Counted from the first letter of the stretch, positions 48,641-60,545 are shown. The stretch: DNA of 64,000 nucleotides from an uncultured Gemmatimonadales bacterium (GCA_963846435.1 CAWJVX010000001.1:6992-70991); one strand, 5' to 3'. Numbers and translations: made by a program. The notes: generated from the letters alone by a model not told the origin.

Positions 48641-49782
48641 CGTCTGACCGGCCCAGGTGGCGTCGCAACCGGACGCGGCTTGGTGGAATCGGGTGCTGCG
48701 ACAGCATCGGTGGCCTCGAGCTGGATCCCATCCACCTGGCCGCGGACATCTACACGATCCACTCCACCCTTTGCCGCCTGGCTCATCGTCATGACGATGA
48801 CATCACCACGGGCGTAGTTGATGGACGGCCGCTCCGGGTGCTTCTGGCTCGGGTCGACGTGGTACGACTGGGCGCCCTTCCGCGCCACGATGCGGCTCAG
48901 CGCAGCCCGGCGGGTCCCGGCCGAGTCACGCTGGACGAAGCTGGCCACCACGGTATCGCCCCGCATCCAGTCCCGCTGCTTGCTGACGGAATCGATCGTG
49001 CCGCCCAGCCAGGCCGACCCGAAGCCTCGGACCTCCTTGAGTTGCTGGGCTGGGGTATCGAGGGCGAGCGAATCGGCGCGCATGGCATAGGCCGGCGAGG
49101 TGGCATAGGGACGGATCGAGTCGCCCCAGGCGAGCGTCTGTTCCAGCTTGCGGTTGTTCAGGTCAAGCCCGATGGTGTCCGCCACCAGGTCCCACTCCTT
49201 GCTGACGGCATGGCCGCTGCCCTTGGCGACCACGTAGGTCAGCTCTCTCTGGTCGAGCTTCAGATCGAGCCGGCGGCCCGTCAGGTTGAAGCTGTCCCGC
49301 CCCAAGCCACGCATTACGGGGGTTCCGCCGCTGAGAGTGCCGTCGCTCGCCTTACCGGTGTCCAGCCTCAGCGAGTCGCCCCGGGCCGCGAAATCGCTGC
49401 GGTCGATCGTCACCTTTCCGCCGGCCCAGAGCCGATCGCTGCCCTTCAGGCGCACCCGGTCCGCCACGATGATGTACGGCTCGGCCGGTTTGGCTCCGGC
49501 CGGGGTCGTCCCATACTGGATCCGGGGACGGCCGGTGGAGAACATCTCCAGGGTGTCGCGCACTCCCTTGACGACCCGGTAGTAGTCGAGCGCCGGGCCG
49601 GTGAGCGTCGAGCCGGTCTTGAGATTCTTGGTGGTCACCCGGCCCCGCGCCTGCCACTTCTCCCCGTTCCGGTAGTAGGTCCCGTGATCGGCATCCATGG
49701 TGAGGGTGGAGTCGCGGTACTTCACGTTGCCGATGAACTGGACCACGTTGCCCCCATACGCGGCCACACTGTCGCTCTGCAT
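48637..49782 (-). CDS. lptA: LptA/OstA-like periplasmic LPS transport protein, oversized (at least 381 aa); homology continues upstream to about 49950
   Basis: Repeated OstA-type beta-strand pattern ([27 protein letters not shown]..; [20 protein letters not shown]..). The in-frame upstream codons read ..CVFQIDNVDRQGSVKETSAGTNYFAGGNVRL but lack a start. A signal peptide (LGLAVLLLVARVAA) lies in another frame. Confidence 0.75.
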   Translation of the reverse strand: MQSDSVAAYGGNVVQFIGNVKYRDSTLTMDADHGTYYRNGEKWQARGRVTTKNLKTGSTLTGPALDYYRVVKGVRDTLEMFSTGRPRIQYGTTPAGAKPAEPYIIVADRVRLKGSDRLWAGGKVTIDRSDFAARGDSLRLDTGKASDGTLSGGTPVMRGLGRDSFNLTGRRLDLKLDQRELTYVVAKGSGHAVSKEWDLVADTIGLDLNNRKLEQTLAWGDSIRPYATSPAYAMRADSLALDTPAQQLKEVRGFGSAWLGGTIDSVSKQRDWMRGDTVVASFVQRDSAGTRRAALSRIVARKGAQSYHVDPSQKHPERPSINYARGDVIVMTMSQAAKGGVDRVDVRGQVDGIQLEATDAVAAPDSTKPRPVATPPGPVRR

Positions 49783-49962
49783 GGTAAGCTGCTGTCCGCG
49801 GCATCTGAGCCGAACGTTGCCCCCGGCGAAGTAGTTGGTGCCGGCGGAGGTTTCCTTGACGCTGCCCTGGCGGTCGACGTTGTCGATCTGGAAGACGCAC
49901 CGGTCGGACTGGCCGTACGCGAGCTGCGACCCTGGCCACGAGGAGCAGGACGGCCAGTCCGA

Positions 49963-50091
49963 GCGGGTAGGCGGGGAGGCGGGGAGGCGGGGAAGTAAAA
50001 GTATGCCGCGACGAGGCTCTTACCCAGAGCAAGCTTACCCGCTTACCCGCGTACCCGCGTACCGTCTTACCCGCTTCCCCGCTTCCCCGCG
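49963..50091. repeat. Inverted tandem-octamer hairpin element (GCGGGGAG-type versus CTTACCCG/CTTCCCCG-type)
   Basis: gcgggtaggcggggaggcggggaggcggggaag .. cttacccgcttacccgcgtacccgcgtaccgtcttacccgcttccccgcttccccgcg. It lies between the lptC stop (50092) and the lptA-homologous region. Confidence 0.8.
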
Positions 50092-50703
50092 TCATTGCTG
50101 CCCCGGCAGCAACAGGCCCTCGCCGGACACGCCCCGGGGGCGGTCGGTCACCACGTTCTTGAAGTCAGGGTCGGACCGGAAGCTGTTGCCCTCCAGGTGT
50201 TCGGCACCCCGGTCGAAGGAGAACTGCTTGTCGGTCATGATCGTGTTGGTGGCATTGTCGTAGCGCAGCGACTCGGTCGTGAGCCGGCGCCCGTCAGGTG
50301 ATACCACCCGCACGTTTCCCGTGGCCTCCATCGAACCGTCCTGCCAGCGATACGTCCCCCGGTGAGCGGTCAGCGTGGACCCCTCCGCACCCTTGAGGTC
50401 GAAGAACACCACCTTGACGTTGTGCAGCTCGGTGATCTGGGTCGGCTCGTAGTAAAACGCGGTATCGGCTTCCACCCGGCTGCGCCTGACCCCATCATTG
50501 GTCACGTAGTGGGAGAACCCCTCGAGCACCTGGTCGGCGCTGTCTGCCGCCTGCACCGTCGACGTGGGCCGGACCCCGGGGTCCTCACAGGAGAGGACGG
50601 ACAGGATGAAGAGGAACGCGGGAACGAGGGAACGAGGAAACGCGCGCCACGCTGCCCTCCCGGATTCCCTTCCCTCGCTCCGTCCTGCCCTCGTTCCCCT
50701 CAT
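50092..50703 (-). CDS. lptC: LptC-like LPS export protein (lipobox-type N-terminus)
   Basis: Position between kdsD and lptA. N-terminal anchor FLFILSVLSC. LptC-like strands (FSHYVTNDGVRRSRVEADTAFYYE.., TLTAHRGTYRWQDGSMEATGNVRVV). Confidence 0.7.
   Translation of the reverse strand: MRGTRAGRSEGRESGRAAWRAFPRSLVPAFLFILSVLSCEDPGVRPTSTVQAADSADQVLEGFSHYVTNDGVRRSRVEADTAFYYEPTQITELHNVKVVFFDLKGAEGSTLTAHRGTYRWQDGSMEATGNVRVVSPDGRRLTTESLRYDNATNTIMTDKQFSFDRGAEHLEGNSFRSDPDFKNVVTDRPRGVSGEGLLLPGQQ
50591..50701. repeat. Inverted tandem-octamer element (GGAACGAG-type versus CCCTCGTT-type) at the kdsD/lptC junction
   Basis: gaggaacgcgggaacgagggaacgaggaaacgcg .. ccctcccggattcccttccctcgctccgtcctgccctcgttcccctc. 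It encodes the first ~37 codons of the lptC ORF if ATG 50703 is used. Confidence 0.7.
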
Positions 50704-51665
50704 ACCGCCCCCGCCCGCATCAGATCGTGAAGATGGACCACGCCCACAATCGCGCCGCGCTCATCCACCACCGGAAGCACGATGATCTTGTGTTTCTGCA
50801 TCGCTCCAACCGCGGCAGCGGCCAGATCGCCGGGGGCCGCGGTCTTGGCCGATCGGGTCATCACCTCGGACACCGGGCGCTCCAGGAAGCCGGGATCGCG
50901 CTCCGCCAGGCGGGTCAGGTCCCCCGTGGTGAGCACACCGGACAGATGCCCGTTTTCCGCGACCATGGCGAGCCCCCGCTCGCGCGCCAGACTGACGACT
51001 GCCTCCCGCATGGTGGCGTCGGGCCGGAGCACCCGTCCCGCCGGGAGCATCACGTCCTGGACCCGGAGGAGAAGTTGACGGCCGAGACTGCCGCCGGGGT
51101 GGCGCTCGGCAAACTGCTCCCGGGTAAATCCCCTCTCCTCCAGCAGGGCCACCGCGATGGCGTCGCCGAGAGCCAGGGCGACAGTAGTGCTCGCGGTCGG
51201 AGCGAGATCGTGGGGACAGGCCTCCTCCGCCACGGTGCCGTCCAGCGCCACCGCAGCCACTCGCGCCAGCAACGAGTCCCCTGCCCCGGTGATGGCGATG
51301 ATCGGCACGTTCAGCCGCTGCAACGATCCCACCAGGCCGAACAGATCCTGCGACTCCCCGCTCTTGCTCAGCACGATGGCGACGTCGTCCGGCCCTACGA
51401 TGCCCAGGTCGCCATGGAGCGAATCGACCGGATGGAGGTAGGAGGCCGGGGTGCCGGTCGAGGTCAGGGTGGAGGCAAGCTTCCGCGCGATGAGCCCCGA
51501 CTTCCCGACACCCGACACGATGACTCTTCCCTTGGCCTCGGCCAGCAGACGCACCGCCCGGGCAAACTCGCTCCCTAATCGGCGCCCGGTCTCTGAGACC
51601 GCCGCCGCCTCCAGCTGGAGCACTCGGCGCCCCGCTCCGATCAACTCCGAGTCGTCAAGCCGCAC
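50700..51665 (-). CDS. kdsD: Arabinose-5-phosphate isomerase (KdsD/KpsF; SIS + tandem CBS)
   Basis: VIVSGVGKSGLIARKLASTLTSTGTPA, SKSGES, then two CBS domains. The GTG start 51665 was chosen because the upstream part of the ORF overlaps kdsC. Confidence 0.9.
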   Translation of the reverse strand: MRLDDSELIGAGRRVLQLEAAAVSETGRRLGSEFARAVRLLAEAKGRVIVSGVGKSGLIARKLASTLTSTGTPASYLHPVDSLHGDLGIVGPDDVAIVLSKSGESQDLFGLVGSLQRLNVPIIAITGAGDSLLARVAAVALDGTVAEEACPHDLAPTASTTVALALGDAIAVALLEERGFTREQFAERHPGGSLGRQLLLRVQDVMLPAGRVLRPDATMREAVVSLARERGLAMVAENGHLSGVLTTGDLTRLAERDPGFLERPVSEVMTRSAKTAAPGDLAAAAVGAMQKHKIIVLPVVDERGAIVGVVHLHDLMRAGAV

Positions 51666-52215
51666 CGGCGGTCTGCTCCGTAAAATAGCGGGCCAGCGTG
51701 TCGTCCCACTCACCCCGCGCGCGCAGGAGAGCCTCGACCACCTCCCGCACCGCCCCATGACCCCCGGGAGCCACGGTTACGTGTGCCGCCACCGCTTTGA
51801 CTTCGGACACCGCGTTGGCCACGGCAATCGGCAGTCCTACCTTCCGCAGAATCGGCAGATCGGCGAGATCGTCGCCGACGAAGGCAACCTCCTCCCACGC
51901 GATGCCGCGACGCTGGAGCAGGTCCGCAAGGGCTGCGGCTTTCCTCGGCCCTGGGACCTGGAGCAGCTCCTCTACCCTGAGCTCCGCCGCCCGCAGCGCG
52001 GTTGCCTCGGAGGTCCTTCCGCTGAGCCAGACGACCGGCAATCCCGTGCTGCGGAGGAGAATCAACCCCAGGCCGTCCTGGATGTCGAAGCGCTTGAGCT
52101 CTACCCGCTGTCCAGCGACCGGCCCGATGAAGACGCCGTTGTCGGTCAAGACCCCGTCAACGTCGAGCCCGAGAAGCCGGACCCGTCGCGCCGCAGCGGC
52201 GCCGAGCGATTTCAT
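51655..52215 (-). CDS. kdsC: 3-deoxy-D-manno-octulosonate 8-phosphate phosphatase (HAD-IIIA)
   Basis: VRLLGLDVDGVLTDNGV, FVGDDLADLP. ATGA overlap with the kdsA stop. Confidence 0.88.
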   Translation of the reverse strand: MKSLGAAAARRVRLLGLDVDGVLTDNGVFIGPVAGQRVELKRFDIQDGLGLILLRSTGLPVVWLSGRTSEATALRAAELRVEELLQVPGPRKAAALADLLQRRGIAWEEVAFVGDDLADLPILRKVGLPIAVANAVSEVKAVAAHVTVAPGGHGAVREVVEALLRARGEWDDTLARYFTEQTAGAA

Positions 52216-53011
52216 ACCCGGGCCCGCCCCCAGATGTCGAGCGTTTGCCCCAGTAGGTCGGCCAACTGGCTGAGCGGCCACTGGGTGGCCGGATCGCTCA
52301 GCGCGCGGGCGGGATCGGGATGAGTCTCGATGAAGAAGCCGTCGGCGCCGGCGGCCGCCGCCGCGGCGAGGAGCGGCGGGATGAACTCGCGCTGCCCCCC
52401 GCTGGCTCCGTCCTCCCCCTGCCCCGGCTGCTGCACCGCGTGGGTGGCATCGAAGATCACCGGAGCGCCCGTGGCCTGTCGCAGGCGGACGAAGTTGCGC
52501 ATGTCCACAACCAGATCACCGTACCCAAAAAAGGTCCCTCGCTCCGTGACGGCGACCTCCGAGGCGCCGGCGCTCCGCACCTTCTCTACGGCTCCCCGCA
52601 TGCCTTCCGCCTGCATCCATTGACCCTTCTTGATATTGACCGGCTTCCCGGTGCGTCCCGCGGCCACGAGGATGTCGGTTTGCCGGCAGAGAAATGCCGG
52701 GATCTGGAGCACATCGGCCACCTGGGCGACGGCCGCGGCCTGCTGGGCCTCGTGGATGTCGGTAAGCACCGGCAGACCGCTCGCGGCTCGGGCGCGCTCC
52801 AGGGCACGGAGCCCATCGTCCAGCCCGGGACCACGGTTGGCGGTGAGCCGTGAGCGGTTCGCCTTGTCGAAGCTGGCCTTGAGGCACACCGGGATTCCGA
52901 GGTCGTGCTCGATGCGCGCCAGCTCCTCGGCGACCGTGGGCAGCACGTCGCCGGGCTCGATGACACAGGGCCCGGCGATGAGAAACGGAGTGCGCCCGAA
53001 GGACCAGCTCA

Positions 53012-53012
<1 letters not shown>
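52212..53012 (-). CDS. kdsA: 3-deoxy-8-phosphooctulonate synthase
   Basis: FLIAGPCVIE, LKASFDKANRS, DIHE, IFDATHAVQQPG. ATGA overlap with the pyrG stop. The long ORF-track start 53276 was rejected. Confidence 0.92.
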
Positions 53013-55428
<2,416 letters not shown>

Positions 55429-55520
55429 GGAAGCTAATAAAGCGCGGCCCCCTAGTCAAAAGTTGTGCCGCGCGAGCCAGGAGCTAGGGACCCCAGGCTA
55501 GAAGATTGTACGTCAAAGAG

Positions 55521-56135
55521 TTAGACAGTTAGCAGCTGATGGGATGGGAGGGTGATCCCGGCCAGAGACAGAAAGTTGGCGAGGAGGCGCTTGCCCTGCA
55601 GAGTGGCAACCGATTCCGGATGAAATTGGACCCCATACACCGGGAGGGTTCGGTGACAGAGGGCCATGATTTCCTGACCAACGGGACGGTCGCTGGACCA
55701 GGCCACGGTCTCGAGCTCGGCCGGAAGTTGCTCGGGTGAAACCACGAGGGAGTGGTACCGCATTACCTCCACCGGGGAAGGAATGCCCTGGAAGAGCCGG
55801 TGCCCCGTATGGGCCACCATGGTGGTCTTCCCGTGCATGAGTCGGTCGGCTCTTACCACCCTGCCCCCGAAGGCCTCGCCGATGGCCTGGTGTCCCAGGC
55901 AGACGCCCAGTACTGGCACTACCCCCGCCGCCGCCCGGACCAAGGGGACCGAGATGCCGGCCTCACGAGGAGTGCCAGGTCCGGGAGAGATGACGATGGC
56001 CGATGGCCGCAACCCCAGGGCCGCCTCGGGCGTCAGCGCGTCGTTGCGGTAGACCACCGGGTCGGCGCCCAGCTCACCCGCGTATTGAACGAGGTTGTAG
56101 GTGAAACTGTCGTAGTTATCGAGGACCAGGAGCAT
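55521..56135 (-). CDS. trpG: Anthranilate/aminodeoxychorismate synthase glutamine amidotransferase component II
   Basis: [37 protein letters not shown]. Confidence 0.9.
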   Translation of the reverse strand: MLLVLDNYDSFTYNLVQYAGELGADPVVYRNDALTPEAALGLRPSAIVISPGPGTPREAGISVPLVRAAAGVVPVLGVCLGHQAIGEAFGGRVVRADRLMHGKTTMVAHTGHRLFQGIPSPVEVMRYHSLVVSPEQLPAELETVAWSSDRPVGQEIMALCHRTLPVYGVQFHPESVATLQGKRLLANFLSLAGITLPSHQLLTV

Positions 56136-56144
56136 CGTTCGAAG

Positions 56145-56840
56145 CTACCGGGAGCGCGCCGAGTCCGCCATCTGTCGGACAACGCTCCGTACGGAGTCTC
56201 TCCGGCGCCGCCCTTCAGCCCGAAGCGAGTCACCCATGCGAAAGTGCACGGCCTTGACTGAATCGGCCATAACCTGGGCGGCGGCTACGATCGAATCCAC
56301 CTGGACCTCGTCCACGGGCGGCGTCGAATCGCCACCGAGATCCAGATCCTGGAGCTGGTCAACCAGCCCCTCTGAAAGCAAGAGTGGAACCGTCACGTCA
56401 CCCGGATGGAAGACCGCCGTGCCGTACTCGACCAAGTCCTCGCTCGTGGAGTCGTCCTTGGCGCACCAGAAGCTTCCTTCCGTAAACGGCCCGCGGTGGA
56501 CGTTGACGCCGGGACGGCCAGGCGTTTCGCTCTCGAGGTTGGCGGCCAGGCGGCAGCCCTCCAGTCCTCGAGCCAGCAGCGAATCGCCGAGCTTTACTTC
56601 CAACTCGACACTGGTCACCCGGTTCGGCGCCTCCCGCTGCAAGGTTACCCGCTGGAGCGTGCCCAGTTTGTCTCCGTTGAGCTTGAACGGGATGAAGGCG
56701 AGGGGAATGCTGATGGGACCACTGCCGTGGACCACTCCGTGCACGGTGCCCAGGCCTCGACGCACCAGGGTCACTCCGACCATTCCCACGGTGAATATGG
56801 CCAGGGCGCCGAGGGCGATCCGCACCCAATAGTTTCGCAT
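56145..56840 (-). CDS. Membrane-anchored protein of unknown function
   Basis: 231-aa ORF. N-terminal TM (IALGALAIFTVGMVGVTLV), GC-rich third positions, Arg-rich C-terminal helix. No recognisable family. Confidence 0.5.
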   Translation of the reverse strand: MRNYWVRIALGALAIFTVGMVGVTLVRRGLGTVHGVVHGSGPISIPLAFIPFKLNGDKLGTLQRVTLQREAPNRVTSVELEVKLGDSLLARGLEGCRLAANLESETPGRPGVNVHRGPFTEGSFWCAKDDSTSEDLVEYGTAVFHPGDVTVPLLLSEGLVDQLQDLDLGGDSTPPVDEVQVDSIVAAAQVMADSVKAVHFRMGDSLRAEGRRRRDSVRSVVRQMADSARSR

Positions 56841-56927
56841 AGACTCCGCGCTCCGTTCGTGCGGGTGATATGTTTCGCCCTACGTGACGACCTCGAAATC
56901 CGGAAAGTTTCAGCGGCAACCCCGGGG

Positions 56928-57671
56928 ATGCCCGTGATCGACGTCGATGGACTTCAGAAGCTGTATGGTGACTTCCCCGCCGTCCAGGGGCTCTCCTTCC
57001 ATGTCGGATCTGGGGAGGTCCTGGGGTTGGTGGGCCCGAACGGCGCCGGCAAGACCACCACTATCCGGAGCATCGCCGGAATCATCATCCCCAGCGCTGG
57101 GAAGATCAGGATCGCCGGCCATGACCTGGCGCAGGACCCGGTGGGCGCCAAGGCTGCCCTGGCCTTCATTCCGGATGAGCCTCATCTCTTCGAGTACCTC
57201 ACGGTCGAGGAACACCTGCGATTCGTCGGCCGGCTGTACGGCGTAGCCGACGTCAGCAATCGGATTCCGGGACTGCTCGAGGAGCTGGATCTGGCCGACA
57301 AGCGAGGCTCCCTGCCGGGGGAGCTGTCCCGGGGAATGAAACAGAAGCTGGCCATCGCCTGCGGGCTCCTCCACGAGCCCAAGGCGCTGCTGCTGGACGA
57401 ACCGCTCACCGGCCTGGATCCAGTGGGAATCCGCCGGATGAAGGCCACCATTATGCGACGGGCCGCGGCCGGGTCGGCCATCATCCTCAGCTCTCACCTC
57501 CTCCATCTGGTTGAGGAGATCTGTACCCGCCTGCTCGTCATGCAGCGGGGACGGGCGGTGGCAATCGGTACCACCGCCGAGATCATTGCCCGGCACCCGG
57601 AGCTGGGAACGCGGAGCCTGGAAGACGTGTTTCTCGCCCTCATCGGTCAGGACGAGGGCGCCGAGCGGTGA
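56928..57671 (+). CDS. ABC transporter ATP-binding protein (ABC-2/DrrA-like)
   Basis: [45 protein letters not shown]. Start taken at ATG 56928, not the ORF-track 56406. Confidence 0.92.
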   Translation: MPVIDVDGLQKLYGDFPAVQGLSFHVGSGEVLGLVGPNGAGKTTTIRSIAGIIIPSAGKIRIAGHDLAQDPVGAKAALAFIPDEPHLFEYLTVEEHLRFVGRLYGVADVSNRIPGLLEELDLADKRGSLPGELSRGMKQKLAIACGLLHEPKALLLDEPLTGLDPVGIRRMKATIMRRAAAGSAIILSSHLLHLVEEICTRLLVMQRGRAVAIGTTAEIIARHPELGTRSLEDVFLALIGQDEGAER

Positions 57672-57676
57672 TCCGC

Positions 57677-59390
57677 ATGTTCGGCTACCTGGTCTGGCGC
57701 TCGGCGTACAACCGGGTTGCCCGCCAGCTCGGCCACCTGCGCAGCCCGAGATACTTAGCCGCGCTCCTGCTGGGGCTGGCGTATCTCTGGTTCATGGTCC
57801 TGGCGCAGCGGCCCGGCCCCCGTGGCCGGCGGGCTGGCTGACCCCCGTTGGCTCGAGCTGGTCGGCGCTCTCGGCTTACTGGGCGTGGTGGCGTGGGGCT
57901 GGATCTTCGGCGTCGAGCGGCGGGTGCTCGCCTTCAGTCCGGCCGAGGTCACCTTTCTGTTCTCGGGTCCGGTCTCCCGCCGAGGGCTGATCCAGTTCAA
58001 GCTGCTTCGCACCCAGCTCCTCATCCTTTTCAATGCCCTCCTGTGGACCTTGATCCTGTCCCGCGAGCGCTTCGGGGTCTCACCCTGGCTCCGGGTCATT
58101 TCGATCTGGGTGCTGCTGACGACGGTGTCGTTTCACCGGCTGGGAGCATCCTTCGTTCGCACCAGTCTATCCGAGCATGGTCGGCTGGGCGTGCGGCATC
58201 GAGTCGTCTCGCTCGTCGTGTTGGGGATCATGCTGATCGCCCTGACCTGGAGCATTGCCGAGGCGCTGCCCCGGTTGGCCGGGGCCGAGGCGCGGACACT
58301 GACGGGGTTCCTGTCGGTGCTGGGGGAGGCCGCGGCACAGCCGATTCCGACGGCCCTGACCTACCCGTTCCGGGTGATGATCCGACCACTTACCGCCCAC
58401 AACGCTTCCGAGTGGCTCCACGCCTTGTGGCCGGCGTTAGCACTACTGGTGCTCCATTACGTCTGGGTGGTGCGCTCCGATACCGCCTTCGAGGAGGCCG
58501 CCGCCGCGGTGTCTCTTCAGCAGGCTCAGGCCCTATCGGAGCGACGGGCCGGGCGCGCCGCCCCGCTCGCCCCGGGCCGGATCACTCCGACCTGGTTTCG
58601 GCTGGCGCCCCGGGGCTGGCCCGCCGGGGCCATTCTCTGGAAGAACCTGGTGGCCATCACTCGGACCCAGCGGGTGAGGAATGTCGCGGTTGTCCTGGGG
58701 ATCGGAGGGGTGGTCGTGTCCGCCCTCTCGTTCGAGCCGGAGGGATCGCTGGCTGGGATCGCCGGGTGGTTCGCGATCATCTGGGCCGGCGCCATGACGG
58801 TCATCGGGCCACAATGGGTACGCAACGATCTCCGGGGCGACCTGTTGAAGCTCGATCTGCTCCGGACCTACCCGGTGCGGGGCTGGTCGGTGGTCATCGC
58901 TGAGGTCGGCGCATCCGCGCTGGTGCTGACCGTAATTCAGCTGACGCTTTTCGTGATCGGCTACCTGGCCTTCCTTGGTAACCGGTCAATGACGATGCTG
59001 CTGGAAGAGCGCACTCTGGCGCTCCTCGCAGCCTTCGTGTTTCTCCCCGGCATCAACCTGCTGGGCATGATCATCCAGAACGGTGCGGCCTTGCTCTACC
59101 CTGCCTGGGTGCATCTCGGGTCGGGCCGGCCCGCCGGCGTGGAAGCCCTGGGACAGAACATGTTGATGATGGTGGTGTTCGTGGCCTTGCTCGGCGCGAC
59201 CCTGCTGTTGCCGGTGGCGGTTGGTGGAGGTGCCTATCTGCTGCTGCATGGTGCGATCAACGGCTGGGCGGCCCTTCCTGCCACGGGGCTGGTACTCGCA
59301 ATCATAGCATTCGAAGCCGCCCTGCTCGTCGAGTGGCTCGGTCGGGTCTTCGAGCGAACCGACCCCGCGTCGGCCGGTATCGGGGGGTGA
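57677..59390 (+). CDS. Polytopic membrane protein resembling the 'putative ABC exporter' family, apparent frameshift at C5 run 57817-57821
   Basis: A short ORF (MFGYLVWRSAYNRVARQLGHLRSPRYLAALLLGLAYLWFMVLAQRPGP) continues in the frame of ORF 57822-59390. About 10+ TM helices. Start coupled to the ATPase stop. Confidence 0.6.
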
Positions 59391-59393
59391 AGA

Positions 59394-59503
59394 GGCTATT
59401 GGCTATGGGCTATGGGCTATGGGCGATCGGAAAAGAAACCCTCCGGTTCGGAGGGTCTCAGAGTTCGGAGCAGCCAATAGCCAGTAGCCAATGGCCAACA
59501 GCC
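59394..59503. repeat. Inverted tandem-heptamer hairpin element (GGCTATG x5 versus CCAATAG-type x4) with inner 8-bp stem-loop
   Basis: ggctattggctatgggctatgggctatgggcgatcgg .. accctccg-gtt-cggagggt .. gcagccaatagccagtagccaatggccaacagcc, about 25/34 outer pairs. It fills the gap between convergent stops at 59390 and 59507. Confidence 0.85.
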
Positions 59504-59506
59504 TGT

Positions 59507-59989
59507 TCAGCTCGGGCCGGTGCCGCCCATGGGCTTGGCATCCGGCAGCAGGCGGCGGACTTCCCGGTCCAGCGCGGACAGGGACTCGTTCACACTCCGC
59601 TTGGCCTCGTCCCAGTTACGGTCGGTGGCGGCAGCGAGGCCGTCCAGATCGCGGCTTACCGCTTTGCGGGCCGCGCGGACGTTCACGATGGCGCTATCCC
59701 GGGCGTGGTCGACGCCCCGCTTGGTATCGCGCTCGATCCCGGCGATTTGCTCGTCGAGCTTCTTAAGCTGCAGGTCGAGGTCGCGCCGAAAATCGTTCCG
59801 CTGCTCATAGCTGTAATCCCGGGCCTCCCGCGCCTCCTCCCGAACCTCTTCGGCGCCCTCCCGAGTCTCCGCTCGCACGTCCGCGGCGACTGAATCCACC
59901 TTGCTCGCCGTCTCCTGACGATCGCGCGGACTGCAAGCAAATGCAGTTGCCATCAGCACCGCCGCAGCGGCACAGGTGATCTGCCTCAT
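59507..59989 (-). CDS. Lipoprotein of unknown function, charged helical repeats
   Basis: Lipobox AAAAVLMATAFAC and a good SD (aggagg) 6 nt upstream. E/R/D-rich helical sequence. Confidence 0.6.
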   Translation of the reverse strand: MRQITCAAAAVLMATAFACSPRDRQETASKVDSVAADVRAETREGAEEVREEAREARDYSYEQRNDFRRDLDLQLKKLDEQIAGIERDTKRGVDHARDSAIVNVRAARKAVSRDLDGLAAATDRNWDEAKRSVNESLSALDREVRRLLPDAKPMGGTGPS

Positions 59990-60135
59990 GTCGTTCCTCC
60001 TAGTCCGTCCGTTTGGTATGGCGTTGGAGTACGGAACAGGATAACCGTGGAGGGGGGATTACAGAGGTGACCTAGCTCACCGGAGGTGGTCCAGCGCGAG
60101 CCTTGGGACGTAATAGGGTGCCGCTGACACGTTTA

Positions 60136-60460
60136 CCACTAAGGGACAAAGACCACAAAGGGCCACTAAGGGTAAGAGAAGTCACCACCCATTAAGGACT
60201 CGCCTGAAGCCTTCTCTCAAGGAATTGACGTTGAAGTTGATGAGAAGACCCAGCCAAAGGTCCTGAAGTCGGAGATATGTTAAAAGTTGTGCGGTATGAA
60301 TGGAAATTAGTCTGTCGACCGCTTTTACTTCAACGATGACACTTTTTTCAACCAGGCCCCATCAGACGGTGGACCTCTATTGCAGAACCAATGATCTCGT
60401 GCGACAACACCAGTGCAGACGCCTTTGTGCCCTTCGTAGTCTTCGTTCCTTCGTGGTGAA
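60136..60460. mobile_element. Hairpin-flanked element carrying a GxxExxY-family gene remnant
   Basis: Left arm ccactaagggacaaagaccacaaagggccactaaggg (60136-60177). Right arm gcctttgtgcccttcgtagtcttcgttccttcgtggtg (60421-60460) is its approximate reverse complement. The core is about 240 bp and of visibly lower GC. Confidence 0.75.
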
Positions 60461-60464
60461 CCAT
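60182..60464 (-). pseudogene. GxxExxY-family (PD-(D/E)xK-like, PDDEXK_3) protein pseudogene: frameshift plus internal deletion
   Basis: The ATG at 60464 gives MVHHEGTKTTKGTKASALVLSHEIIGSAIEVHRLMGPG*. A second frame gives GLVEKSVIVEVKAVDRLISIHTAQLLTYLRLQDLWLGLLINFNVNSLREGFRRVLNGW*. Both ends match the family pattern, but the central ~45-50 residues including the ExxY part are missing. Confidence 0.8.
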
Positions 60465-60545
60465 CAGCCAAATCTTCGGGACAACGACGAGCCTCACCAA
60501 CCGCCCGGATGCAAGCCCAACCCAACTAGCGCAGATCTTGCCGTC

